From Alphaproteobacteria bacterium (GTDB lineage Bacteria; Pseudomonadota; Alphaproteobacteria; UBA1280; UBA6503), in NCBI GenBank assembly GCA_021774615.1, contig JAJFIW010000010.1, positions 10,230 through 74,229 of the forward strand: 64,000 nt of DNA, read 5' to 3'. Below are positions 56,164 through 64,000 of this stretch, piece after piece. Position numbers and translations under genes: made by a program. Within the stretch, counting starts at the first letter, position 1; each line of letters begins with the position of its first letter. The notes beneath the pieces are model-generated. The model saw only the letters and a program-made list of their open reading frames with translations, did not search any database and was not told the DNA's origin.

Positions 56164-57279
56164 CTAAATACGCATTGGCATTAAAACAAACAATGCATCC
56201 ACATCTTTAGGGTCTTTAAGGATAACTGGTGAAGTACCGTCCCTTAGGAAGAACTGCATATCGTCACCTTCAATAAGGTTACCAATTTCAGACATATAAC
56301 GAGCATTAAAACCAAGGTCTATATCGCCATTGTCGTAGTCAACCCGCATTTCTTCGGTTGCGTTTTCTTGATCTGGGTTATTAGCGCTAATAACCAACTG
56401 GTTAGACTTTAGAGAAAATTTAATCGAGCGTGATTTTTCGTGCGACAACACCGCAACACGGTCCACAGCTTGCAAAAGCGGTAAACGGGCTACATCCATC
56501 TCAAAGTTATTTTCTTTAGGGATTACCCTTTGGTAGTCAGGGAATGTGCCATCAATAACTTTTGAAGTAATAACCATTTCTGGGGTTTCAAACTGGATTT
56601 TCTTGTCAGTGATAGTTACCTTAATTTCTTTGGCTTTATCAGCTAGTCTTTTTATTTCAGAAATAGTTTTACGTGGGATAATAACCCCCGACATACTTTC
56701 TGCCCCACTTGGTAATGCTTGCTCAACACTAGCTAGGCGATGGCCATCGGTTGCAACACAACGCAACACTTTACCTTCAGCACCATCAGCAACATGTAGG
56801 TAAACCCCATTTAAGTATTTGCGGGTATCTTCTTGGGATGCCGCAAACTGGGCTTTAATTAAAAGGCGTTTAAGCTCTGTGCCGCTAAGCATAAAAGATT
56901 TTTTATCATTAATGCTGGTAAAGTCAGGGAATGCAGCAGCATCCAAACAAGCTAACGAGAAATGAGCCTTACCAGCAGATATAGCTAAACGGTCGCCAGT
57001 TTCGGTAAGTTCGGCATTTACCATAACACCCTCAGGGAGCTTACGAACAATCTCGAATAATTTGTGCGCACTTACAGTAGTAATACCAGCATTCTCTACA
57101 AAAGCGTCTGCTACACCTTGCACGGCGATATCATTGTCGGTAGCTGTTGTAACTAATTTATTGTCTTTAGCTTCCAGCCGTACGTTCGACAAAATTGCAA
57201 TACTGCTTTTTTTCTCGACTACAGACTGGCTGTAACCTAGGTTCTCTAACAAAACTTCACGGGTGATTGAAAACTTCAT
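56164..57279 (-). CDS. dnaN: DNA polymerase III beta sliding clamp
   Basis: MKFSITREVLLENLGYSQSVVEKKSSIAILSNVRLEA..., 371 aa, ending VLMPMRI. Confidence 0.95.
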   Translation of the reverse strand: MKFSITREVLLENLGYSQSVVEKKSSIAILSNVRLEAKDNKLVTTATDNDIAVQGVADAFVENAGITTVSAHKLFEIVRKLPEGVMVNAELTETGDRLAISAGKAHFSLACLDAAAFPDFTSINDKKSFMLSGTELKRLLIKAQFAASQEDTRKYLNGVYLHVADGAEGKVLRCVATDGHRLASVEQALPSGAESMSGVIIPRKTISEIKRLADKAKEIKVTITDKKIQFETPEMVITSKVIDGTFPDYQRVIPKENNFEMDVARLPLLQAVDRVAVLSHEKSRSIKFSLKSNQLVISANNPDQENATEEMRVDYDNGDIDLGFNARYMSEIGNLIEGDDMQFFLRDGTSPVILKDPKDVDALFVLMPMRI

Positions 57280-57370
57280 GGCTTTTTCTACCTATAGCAA
57301 ATTAAAAACTGTCCAAAATATAGCACATATATGCCACATCCCAAAGCCTATACATAATAAAAAATTCTAT

Positions 57371-57418
57371 TTACCAATACAGAAAGTAGAAAAGACTAAG
57401 TCTAATACATCCTCTGTA
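57371..57418 (-). repeat. Displaced duplicate of the last 16 codons plus stop of mnmE
   Basis: 46 of 48 nt are identical to 57542-57589. Read on the minus strand with the adjacent stop, it encodes TEDVLDLVFSTFCIGK-stop, identical to the MnmE C-terminus. All differences are synonymous (ACC/ACT, TTT/TTC, AAG/AAA, TAA/TAG). Confidence 0.85.
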
Positions 57419-57537
57419 AGTTCTTTATACACCTGCGGTTAGGCATAGCCTAACTCTTGGTGCTGCGTTCCGCAGACTGTCGGTAACCTCTTGCCTTACG
57501 GCAAATCGGGATACCGCCTTTGTTAACTAAGAAGCTG

Positions 57538-58917
57538 TTACTTACCAATACAAAAGGTAGAAAAGACTAAGTCTAATACATCCTCTGTATCGGTACGCCC
57601 TGTTACTTGACCGATGGCATTAGCGGCATCGCGTAGGTCTTGGGCTAGCATATCGGCAGAAAAGCTACCGCCAGCAGCACATGCCGCTAGTAGTTCTTGC
57701 GCTCGTTTTAGATGTGTAGTGGCATCATACACTGCTTGACGGTGTCGTTGTCTGGTTAGTTGTGCTGCATTGGTAGTATTAGCAAATGTATCGTCAAGTT
57801 TAGCTCTTATAAGCTCTAATATAGTTGGCAGTGCAGCAGGGTTAGTTAAATCTACTCCAATCACATTGTATACAATATCATCAATTGTAATGTCTTTAGG
57901 TAGTTCAACAGGTGTAATATCTGTTTTCGAGACCAAAATAACCCCCTCTTTACCCTTTAAAAATTTAGTAACTTGGGGGTCTAAATTGGGCCATTTTGCA
58001 GCATCGGTTACTAAAAGTACTAAATCGGCCTCTTGTGCCTTCTTGCCAGCACGGTTTATTCCTTCTATTTCAATAACATCACTAGCTACTCTTAACCCTG
58101 CGGTATCTGCTAAAATTACAGGGTAACCTGCAATATCAAGGTGGCTTTCCACCACATCTCTCGTGGTGCCAGCTATAGGGCTAACAATGGCGGTATCTCT
58201 ACCTGTTAAAAGGTTTGTAAGCGTTGACTTACCACTGTTTGGCTGCCCAATAACCGCCATTATAAAACCATCACGCAGGCGTTGCCCTGTTTGGTTGGTT
58301 ATGGCTATTGTAAAGTCAGATAGTATACAATCCACTTTACTATCAAGCCCAGCTTCGGTCAAAACGTCTAATTCTTCATCAGGAAAATCAATCGCTGCTT
58401 CAGCATGTGCTACAAGGTGCATAATGTCAGCTCGCCATTGTTCAAACTTGTTGCCCAGCTCGCCACCCATTTGCCGCAACGCTTGCTGGCGCTGTTGCTC
58501 AGTGCTGGCGGCTACTAAGTCTGCCAAACCTTCCGCTTGGGTTAAATCGAGCTTACCATTTAGAAATGCTCGCCGAGTAAATTCACCAGCCTCAGCAGGT
58601 TTCGCACCTAAAGCAAAAAATGCATCTAGAACTGCCTTTACAACTGCTCTACCGCCGTGACCATGAAATTCGACCACTTCTTCGCCAGTAAAACTATTGG
58701 GGGCAGCAAACCAAACCAAAAGCCCCTCATCGAGAGTGTTTTCTTGAGTTACTAGCTTCCCAAAGTGCATTTTACGAGGACTAATTCCTGCAAATGATGG
58801 GCACAGTTTATCGGCTAGCTCTTTAGCACCAACCCCAGAAATGCGCACAATTGCTACGCCTGCCGCCATTGGTGCGGTTGCAACTGCTGCAATAATATGG
58901 TTGTTGATAAGTGCCAT
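57538..58917 (-). CDS. mnmE: tRNA modification GTPase MnmE (TrmE/ThdF)
   Basis: G-domain GQPNSGKSTLTNLL, DTAGLR, and the invariant C-terminal FCIGK. Confidence 0.95.
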   Translation of the reverse strand: MALINNHIIAAVATAPMAAGVAIVRISGVGAKELADKLCPSFAGISPRKMHFGKLVTQENTLDEGLLVWFAAPNSFTGEEVVEFHGHGGRAVVKAVLDAFFALGAKPAEAGEFTRRAFLNGKLDLTQAEGLADLVAASTEQQRQQALRQMGGELGNKFEQWRADIMHLVAHAEAAIDFPDEELDVLTEAGLDSKVDCILSDFTIAITNQTGQRLRDGFIMAVIGQPNSGKSTLTNLLTGRDTAIVSPIAGTTRDVVESHLDIAGYPVILADTAGLRVASDVIEIEGINRAGKKAQEADLVLLVTDAAKWPNLDPQVTKFLKGKEGVILVSKTDITPVELPKDITIDDIVYNVIGVDLTNPAALPTILELIRAKLDDTFANTTNAAQLTRQRHRQAVYDATTHLKRAQELLAACAAGGSFSADMLAQDLRDAANAIGQVTGRTDTEDVLDLVFSTFCIGK

Positions 58918-58987
58918 TACTTTATAATAAGTCCTAATTTCTATATGCTATATATATTCTATAATCAAATTTTAAGGAAGTAGCAAT

Positions 58988-59815
58988 ATGCCAGAACTAC
59001 CTGAAGTAGAAACAGTTTGCAGAGGAATCACCAAAAAAGTTCTTAATAAACATATAAAGAAGGTAGTAACTCGGCGTGAAGGGTTAAGGGTGCCATTCCC
59101 TAAAGATTTAGCCCAGAAATGTAATAATGCTACGGTTAAGAGTGTTATACGCCGCGCAAAATTTGTATTAATCCACCTTGATAATGACCAAACTATTATA
59201 ATCCACCTGGGGATGAGCGGTAAAGTTACCTTCCCTGAAACAGGCACCCCACCCGCAAAACACGACCATCTTAGCATCTATTTTGAAGACGACATCCAAC
59301 TATGCCTAAATGATACCCGCCGTTTTGGAGTGGTTGATATATCCGCAACCAAAGACCTAGCAACCAATAAACATTTAGAAAAACTAGGAGTAGAACCTCT
59401 TACAGACCAATTCGATGGGGATTATCTATATAAAATCTTGCAGAATAAACGCATCCCAATCAAACAAGCCATTATGGATGGGCACCTTGTGGTTGGAGTT
59501 GGTAATATTTATGCTAGCGAATCTCTATTTAAAGCTGCAATTAACCCCACCCAAAGTGCAAATACTGTAACTAAAAGTAAAATAAAACTTTTATGTACCG
59601 TTATTAAACAAACCCTTACCGATGCTATTGCTGCTGGTGGCTCTACCTTGCAAGACTATGTACAGACTGACGGTTCTTTGGGCTATTTCCAGCATCAATT
59701 TAAAGTTTATGGCCGTGACAAACAACCCTGCCAAGTTTGCGAAACCCCAATCGAGAAAATAGTACAAGGTGGTAGAGCCACCTTTTTCTGCCCTAAATGC
59801 CAGATAGTTAAGTAA
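58988..59815 (+). CDS. mutM: Formamidopyrimidine-DNA glycosylase
   Basis: MPELPEVETV N-terminus, H2TH region and C-terminal zinc finger CQVC...CPKCQ. Confidence 0.95.
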   Translation: MPELPEVETVCRGITKKVLNKHIKKVVTRREGLRVPFPKDLAQKCNNATVKSVIRRAKFVLIHLDNDQTIIIHLGMSGKVTFPETGTPPAKHDHLSIYFEDDIQLCLNDTRRFGVVDISATKDLATNKHLEKLGVEPLTDQFDGDYLYKILQNKRIPIKQAIMDGHLVVGVGNIYASESLFKAAINPTQSANTVTKSKIKLLCTVIKQTLTDAIAAGGSTLQDYVQTDGSLGYFQHQFKVYGRDKQPCQVCETPIEKIVQGGRATFFCPKCQIVK

Positions 59816-59816
59816 T

Positions 59817-59879
59817 CGTAGTTGTTTAAAGCTCAAGGTTGAGCTTTAAACAACTACGGCCGCAAACTGTTTTGCGGCC
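59817..59879 (+). terminator. Two consecutive perfect hairpins right after the mutM stop
   Basis: CGTAGTTGTTTAAAGCTCAA-GG-TTGAGCTTTAAACAACTACG (20-bp arms), then GGCCGCAAA-CTGT-TTTGCGGCC (9-bp arms). Confidence 0.6.
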
Positions 59880-59890
59880 CGCAAGTGCAG

Positions 59891-59965
59891 TCTAACTGTG
59901 GCTTTGCCACAGTTAAAGCGAAACTTAGCGACAACTTAAGACCGTATAGGCCTTAAGTTAAATTA
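59891..59965 (+). repeat. Two-hairpin ~75-nt dispersed repeat, copy 2 (mutM-tsaD gap)
   Basis: TCTAACTGTGGCTTTGCCACAGTTAAAGCGAAACTTAGCGACAACTTAAGACCGTATAGGCCTTAAGTTAAATTA. See copy 1 at 19171-19246. Confidence 0.7.
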
Positions 59966-60059
59966 AGATATGTCATTTAAGACACAGAATGTGCTTATAA
60001 AGATACTTTGTGTATAAAATCCTTATAAATACAGTACCATATTAGTTATACTTAATTCT

Positions 60060-61109
60060 ATGTATCATGTATTGGGTATAGAATCATCGTGCGACGAAAC
60101 CGCAGCCTCTGTCATCGCCTTTGCTGACGATGCGCAGCCTACTGTGCTGTCTAATATTGTATACACCCAACACAAAGAACATCTTGATTATGGTGGGGTT
60201 GTTCCAGAAATTGCGGCTCGTGCCCATGTTGATAAAATAGAGCCTATCGTTAGCGAAGCATTAAAAGAAGCGGGCGTAAAACTAACCGACATTGACGGCT
60301 TTGCCGCAACCTGTGGCCCAGGGCTACTTGGGGGGTTACTAGTTGGTGTAAGCTATGCCAAAACTTTAGCATCTACCATGGGTAAACCCTACATTGGGGT
60401 TAACCACCTTGAGGGGCATGCCCTTACTTGCAGGCTTACTAACAATGTACCATTCCCATATTTATTGTTACTGGTTTCGGGGGGGCATTGCCAATTTATA
60501 CATGTTAGTGGTGTTGGGGAATACGAAACTATTGGTGGCACTTTAGATGACGCAGTTGGTGAAGCCTTCGACAAAGTTGCAAAACTACTAAAGCTTGGCT
60601 ACCCCGGTGGCCCTGCGGTTGAGAAACTTGCCGAAAAAGGTAACCCTAAAGCATTTAAGCTACCAATTCCTCTTAAAAACAAGGGGATTGATTTCTCGTT
60701 TTCGGGTTTAAAAACCGCCACTAGGCAACTTATCCAAGAGCAGGGTGACCATATGTCACAGCAAACATTGGCAGATTTATGTGCTTCTTTCCAAGAAACC
60801 GTAGCACAAACCTTAGAAGTAAAAACTAAACGTGCTTTACAGCAACTTAAACAAACCAAGCATTTTGTGCTTTCTGGTGGGGTTGCTGCTAATAAAATTT
60901 TATGTGGGCGGCTTAAAAAAGTATGTGCAGCAGAAAATATAGAGTTTACAGCACCACCAACCCCACTATGTACCGACAATGGGGTCATGATTGCTTATGC
61001 AGGTGGAGTAAGGCTATTAGCAGGGGAAAGCCACCCTCTTGACAGTAATGCCACCCCACGCTTGCCACTAGAAACTATGAACAAACCAGATAATAAGGAA
61101 ATAAAATAG
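60060..61109 (+). CDS. tsaD: tRNA N6-adenosine threonylcarbamoyltransferase TsaD (Gcp/YgjD)
   Basis: VLGIESSCDETAASV, GVNHLEGH, LLVSGGHC and GVAANK. Confidence 0.95.
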   Translation: MYHVLGIESSCDETAASVIAFADDAQPTVLSNIVYTQHKEHLDYGGVVPEIAARAHVDKIEPIVSEALKEAGVKLTDIDGFAATCGPGLLGGLLVGVSYAKTLASTMGKPYIGVNHLEGHALTCRLTNNVPFPYLLLLVSGGHCQFIHVSGVGEYETIGGTLDDAVGEAFDKVAKLLKLGYPGGPAVEKLAEKGNPKAFKLPIPLKNKGIDFSFSGLKTATRQLIQEQGDHMSQQTLADLCASFQETVAQTLEVKTKRALQQLKQTKHFVLSGGVAANKILCGRLKKVCAAENIEFTAPPTPLCTDNGVMIAYAGGVRLLAGESHPLDSNATPRLPLETMNKPDNKEIK

Positions 61110-61111
61110 TA

Positions 61112-62137
61112 ATGGCTTATAAATACCCTGTTGGGATTATTGGCGCTGGCGCTTGGGGAACAGCTTTGGCTGAACACCTTGGCACATGTTGCGGGCATAA
61201 TGTACTATTATGGTCGTACGATAAAAAAGCTGCTAAAGATATCCGCAAGAACAATGAAAACTCGGTGTTTTTGCCTAATATTGATCTATCTGATAATATT
61301 GATGTTACAACATCTATAGAAGATATCACCAAGCATTGCGAAATAATAATTTACGCTACACCAGCCCATTTTTGCTCGGAAATAGCTTGTTTAATTGCAC
61401 CAGATATTAAAGAAGACCAAATCCTAGTTATTAGCTCTAAAGGTTTTAGGGAAGATGACGGTGCACTGTTGTCTGATGTGTGGCTAGAAAAAGCACCACA
61501 ACTAAATAAAATAGCCATCTTAGCTGGCCCAACATTTGCTGAAGAAGTTGCCACAAAAAAACCCACTACCGCAACAATTGCTTGCGAAGATACCTATACC
61601 CTTGGCAAGATTGATGCCTTATTTTCGTCTACTTTATTCCGTCTTTATTACAGCAAAGACATTATTGGTGCACAAGTTGGTGGTGCAGTTAAAAATGTTA
61701 TTTCTATTGCTGCTGGTATATCAGCAGGGTTAGGAATGGGTGAAAATTTTAAAGCGGCTATACTTTGCCGTGGCGTAATTGAGATGATGCGCTATACCCG
61801 AAGCATTGGCGGGGAACGCATTACTTTGGCTGGTTTGTCTGGCCTTGGAGACTTAATACTTTCATCCCACGAGGGGTCTCGGAACTACCGCTTTGGCTAC
61901 TACCTAGGGCAAGGCAAAGATGTACAACAAGCCGAAAGGCTTGTGGGCTCTACAGTTGAAGGTATTAAAAGCGCCGCTATTTTAACTATGCAGGGCGCAT
62001 CCCACGGGATTGATATGGGGATTATTATGGCAATCCACAGCATTATTAACGGCGATATTGACGCCAAGCGCACTTTTTACATGCTACTAGACCGACCACG
62101 CGTAAACGAATTTAACACTGAGGACGAACTAAGATGA
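61112..62137 (+). CDS. gpsA: NAD(P)H-dependent glycerol-3-phosphate dehydrogenase
   Basis: GAGAWGTALA Rossmann motif, GPTFAEEV, GGAVKNVISIAAG and GLSGLGDL. Confidence 0.93.
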   Translation: MAYKYPVGIIGAGAWGTALAEHLGTCCGHNVLLWSYDKKAAKDIRKNNENSVFLPNIDLSDNIDVTTSIEDITKHCEIIIYATPAHFCSEIACLIAPDIKEDQILVISSKGFREDDGALLSDVWLEKAPQLNKIAILAGPTFAEEVATKKPTTATIACEDTYTLGKIDALFSSTLFRLYYSKDIIGAQVGGAVKNVISIAAGISAGLGMGENFKAAILCRGVIEMMRYTRSIGGERITLAGLSGLGDLILSSHEGSRNYRFGYYLGQGKDVQQAERLVGSTVEGIKSAAILTMQGASHGIDMGIIMAIHSIINGDIDAKRTFYMLLDRPRVNEFNTEDELR

Positions 62138-63120
62138 TATACATTCGCGAAAAACTACCAGTTATCCTGGTTTTTATTATAGCTGCTTGTCTTGTTATAT
62201 TAGGGTTAATATCTGCAGCGGTAGCACAACCAATACTTAAACCATGGACACCGCACGAACATAGTGGAGAATATGTAACTAAGATGCGCCCTACTCTTAT
62301 TGGTCGTGCTGGGGTTATCCCCGAAGCGCCACCACCTCCTCAATCAGATATTGTTTCTGTTGAAGAATTACCAAAACTACCCAGCCTTGCCGATAAACAT
62401 AAAGAAAAAGAAATGCGCCCCGATATGTCTAAGGTATCGTCTGCTAAAGGTTTAAAAAAACGCAGAGGCACCATAGAAAACCCTATTCCTAACCTTAAAG
62501 AGCTCGCCTTAAATAATGGTGAGCTACGCACAGCCGAAGTGCAAATTTTGCTAAAAGAAGACAAAGAAGCCCAACAAAAACTACGTTGGCATTTAAACCC
62601 AGTAGAACTACCAGTATTTCTTGAAAGAATTAATAAAATAGAACCTGCTTTAAGTGGGCAGGTAACAGGCACACCATCTGGTACAGAATACCGCTTTTTG
62701 CAAGTAAGATTAATTGCAAAAAATGGGGTGGTATACCAACCAATCAATATCTACCAAAACAGAATTAGAGTCCCTGGTATAAATATTCCCCTTGAAGACG
62801 AGAACAGAGAGCTAGAGATGTGGACTATGGGAACAGCTAAAACATTTGCCCAACGCAGTGCAATAACAAAACTTCTTAAAATTATGAGTTTTGACGAGTG
62901 CAAAGCCCTAAACCACACACTAATGGACACAATGCCTCGCCAATGCATTTTGCCCGATGGCACAACATTCCTAGATATAGACAAAAAACTTAGCGATAAA
63001 TACCGAGACATTACCAATTTTGATAAATGCCTCCACGGTGGCCACCCGCTAATTGTAGATTTCCCCCGTAAATGTGTTGCCCCTGGCGGGCAAGTCCACA
63101 TCGAGCCTCCACGGTTGTAG
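62134..63120 (+). CDS. Hypothetical exported or membrane-anchored protein (328 aa)
   Basis: N-terminal anchor LPVILVFIIAACLVILGLISAAVA, a 4-nt overlap with gpsA, and four Cys in the C-terminal 90 aa. Confidence 0.55.
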   Translation: MIYIREKLPVILVFIIAACLVILGLISAAVAQPILKPWTPHEHSGEYVTKMRPTLIGRAGVIPEAPPPPQSDIVSVEELPKLPSLADKHKEKEMRPDMSKVSSAKGLKKRRGTIENPIPNLKELALNNGELRTAEVQILLKEDKEAQQKLRWHLNPVELPVFLERINKIEPALSGQVTGTPSGTEYRFLQVRLIAKNGVVYQPINIYQNRIRVPGINIPLEDENRELEMWTMGTAKTFAQRSAITKLLKIMSFDECKALNHTLMDTMPRQCILPDGTTFLDIDKKLSDKYRDITNFDKCLHGGHPLIVDFPRKCVAPGGQVHIEPPRL

Positions 63121-63149
63121 TTATATAGTTTGAAACATCAGGAAACCCC

Positions 63150-63818
63150 ATGAGCAAAAAAGTTGATGAGAAGCTAAAAGTTATCACAGGCGAGCTGATA
63201 AAAAAGCGGGAAAAACCCGCTGAAATACCTACGGTTAAGATATCAGGTGATGGAAACAGTGTTGTTATCGGTGCTACTATCCAAGGGGGCGTAGTTACTG
63301 GCAGAGCATCCACAGACAACAGAGAACTCCACCAAACCCATATCACGCACCAATCATTCGCTGAAAAAGAGGCCGACATCCAGTCTATTATAGACCGTGA
63401 CCCATCAGCCCACAAACAAGGCAGAAAACCACTAGGCTGGCGCAAACGTGGCGAACGGGTAAAGCCCGAGTTTATGACCCCTAAAGAGTATACTAACTTT
63501 ACTGCACAAACCGAAGACGGTACCCCAATATGGGACGGCATCGAGCGCAAATTTATGCGCCTTAATTGGGAGCCTTGGGATTGGGGTAAAGAAACCAAAG
63601 CCAACCTCCCACCAGTTAACCGCCGTGTTGACAAAGACCGCCGTAAACCGTGGGCTATTTCCACAGGATACGACCGCCGCAAACCACACAGCCACGGAAA
63701 ACGCCACGAGGATATTATGTCGCAGCGGGTTAGGGTTGTCACTTTGCTTATAGGCTGCTCCATTCTCGGAACAATAATTATTTTAGCATTTCTAAAATAC
63801 TATGGAGTAATAAACTAG
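63150..63818 (+). CDS. Hypothetical basic protein with a C-terminal TM anchor (222 aa)
   Basis: Lys/Arg/Glu-rich with the C-terminal helix VVTLLIGCSILGTIIILAFL. Preferred over the Arg/Ser/Trp-rich antisense ORF 63011-63763. Confidence 0.5.
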   Translation: MSKKVDEKLKVITGELIKKREKPAEIPTVKISGDGNSVVIGATIQGGVVTGRASTDNRELHQTHITHQSFAEKEADIQSIIDRDPSAHKQGRKPLGWRKRGERVKPEFMTPKEYTNFTAQTEDGTPIWDGIERKFMRLNWEPWDWGKETKANLPPVNRRVDKDRRKPWAISTGYDRRKPHSHGKRHEDIMSQRVRVVTLLIGCSILGTIIILAFLKYYGVIN

Positions 63819-64000
63819 ATGGGTCATGTAAGAGGTTTAACTTATGGTGTAGTAGCAATGGTATTCATAGCTATATTAAATGTATATTTAAAAACCATTG
63901 CTGGTTATGATTTTAATGCACCATTATTTTTTACCATAGCTATGATATTTGCAGGAACCACACTTATTTTTGTTGGAGGAAAAACAACATTAGCTATTGA
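63819..64000 (+). CDS. Partial CDS (5-prime end only): polytopic membrane protein, possibly a DMT/EamA-like transporter
   Basis: ATG 63819 directly follows the TAG of the previous gene. It translates as MGHVRGLTYGVVAMVFIAILNVYLKTIAGYDFNAPLFFTIAMIFAGTTLIFVGG and runs off the window. Confidence 0.4.
   Translation, partial: MGHVRGLTYGVVAMVFIAILNVYLKTIAGYDFNAPLFFTIAMIFAGTTLIFVGGKTTLAI

Noticed and set aside
57419-57537. The structured spacer between the mnmE repeats as SRP (4.5S) RNA or a tRNA
   Set aside because: The minus-strand CUGCGGAACGCAGCACCAAG superficially recalls the SRP domain IV GGAA-loop/AGCA region. However, the loop closing pair and the symmetric-loop sequences do not fit. There is no cloverleaf and no T-loop (GTTCRANYC) for a tRNA.
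63011-63763. 250-aa minus-strand ORF overlapping 63150-63818
   Set aside because: Its Arg/Ser/Trp-rich composition suggests the antisense of a Lys/Glu/Pro-rich gene. The + strand ORF fits the local gene direction and abuts the next start codon.

Overview
64-kb window, roughly 40% GC by eye, with no rRNA, tRNA or CRISPR array seen. Nt 1-35036 is a single minus-strand accessory block. It places an R64-like type IVb pilus cluster (35036-20232: lipoprotein secretin, GspE-type ATPase, GspF-type platform protein, long-leader pilins, PilL/TcpQ-like lipoproteins, truncated prepilin peptidase) directly upstream of an F-like (MPF-F) conjugative T4SS (20003-1416: pilin, traL, traE, traK, traH, traG, traB, traV, traC). 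The F gene order is scrambled by an internal module: lytic transglycosylase, UvrD-like helicase, a sigma-70/ParB fusion protein and a 681-aa orphan. No relaxase, coupling protein or integrase is visible, and a partial ORF runs off the left edge, so the element probably continues beyond nt 1. Nt 35.1-39.2 kb holds small orphan genes. Nt 39.3-64 kb is chromosomal backbone (comM, recF, gyrB, dnaN, mnmE, mutM, tsaD, gpsA). It is interrupted by two tandemly expanded families: three APH/kinase-fold paralogs, and seven ankyrin-like genes with a shared C-terminal motif. Other signals are a synonymous duplicate of the mnmE 3-prime end flanking a structured 119-bp insert (att-site-like scar), a two-hairpin ~75-nt dispersed repeat present twice, and a pyrimidine-rich leader shared by the accessory genes. 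The gene content suggests a host-associated, possibly intracellular alphaproteobacterium (Rickettsiales/Holosporales-like). That is inference only. All family assignments come from motifs read by eye, not database searches.
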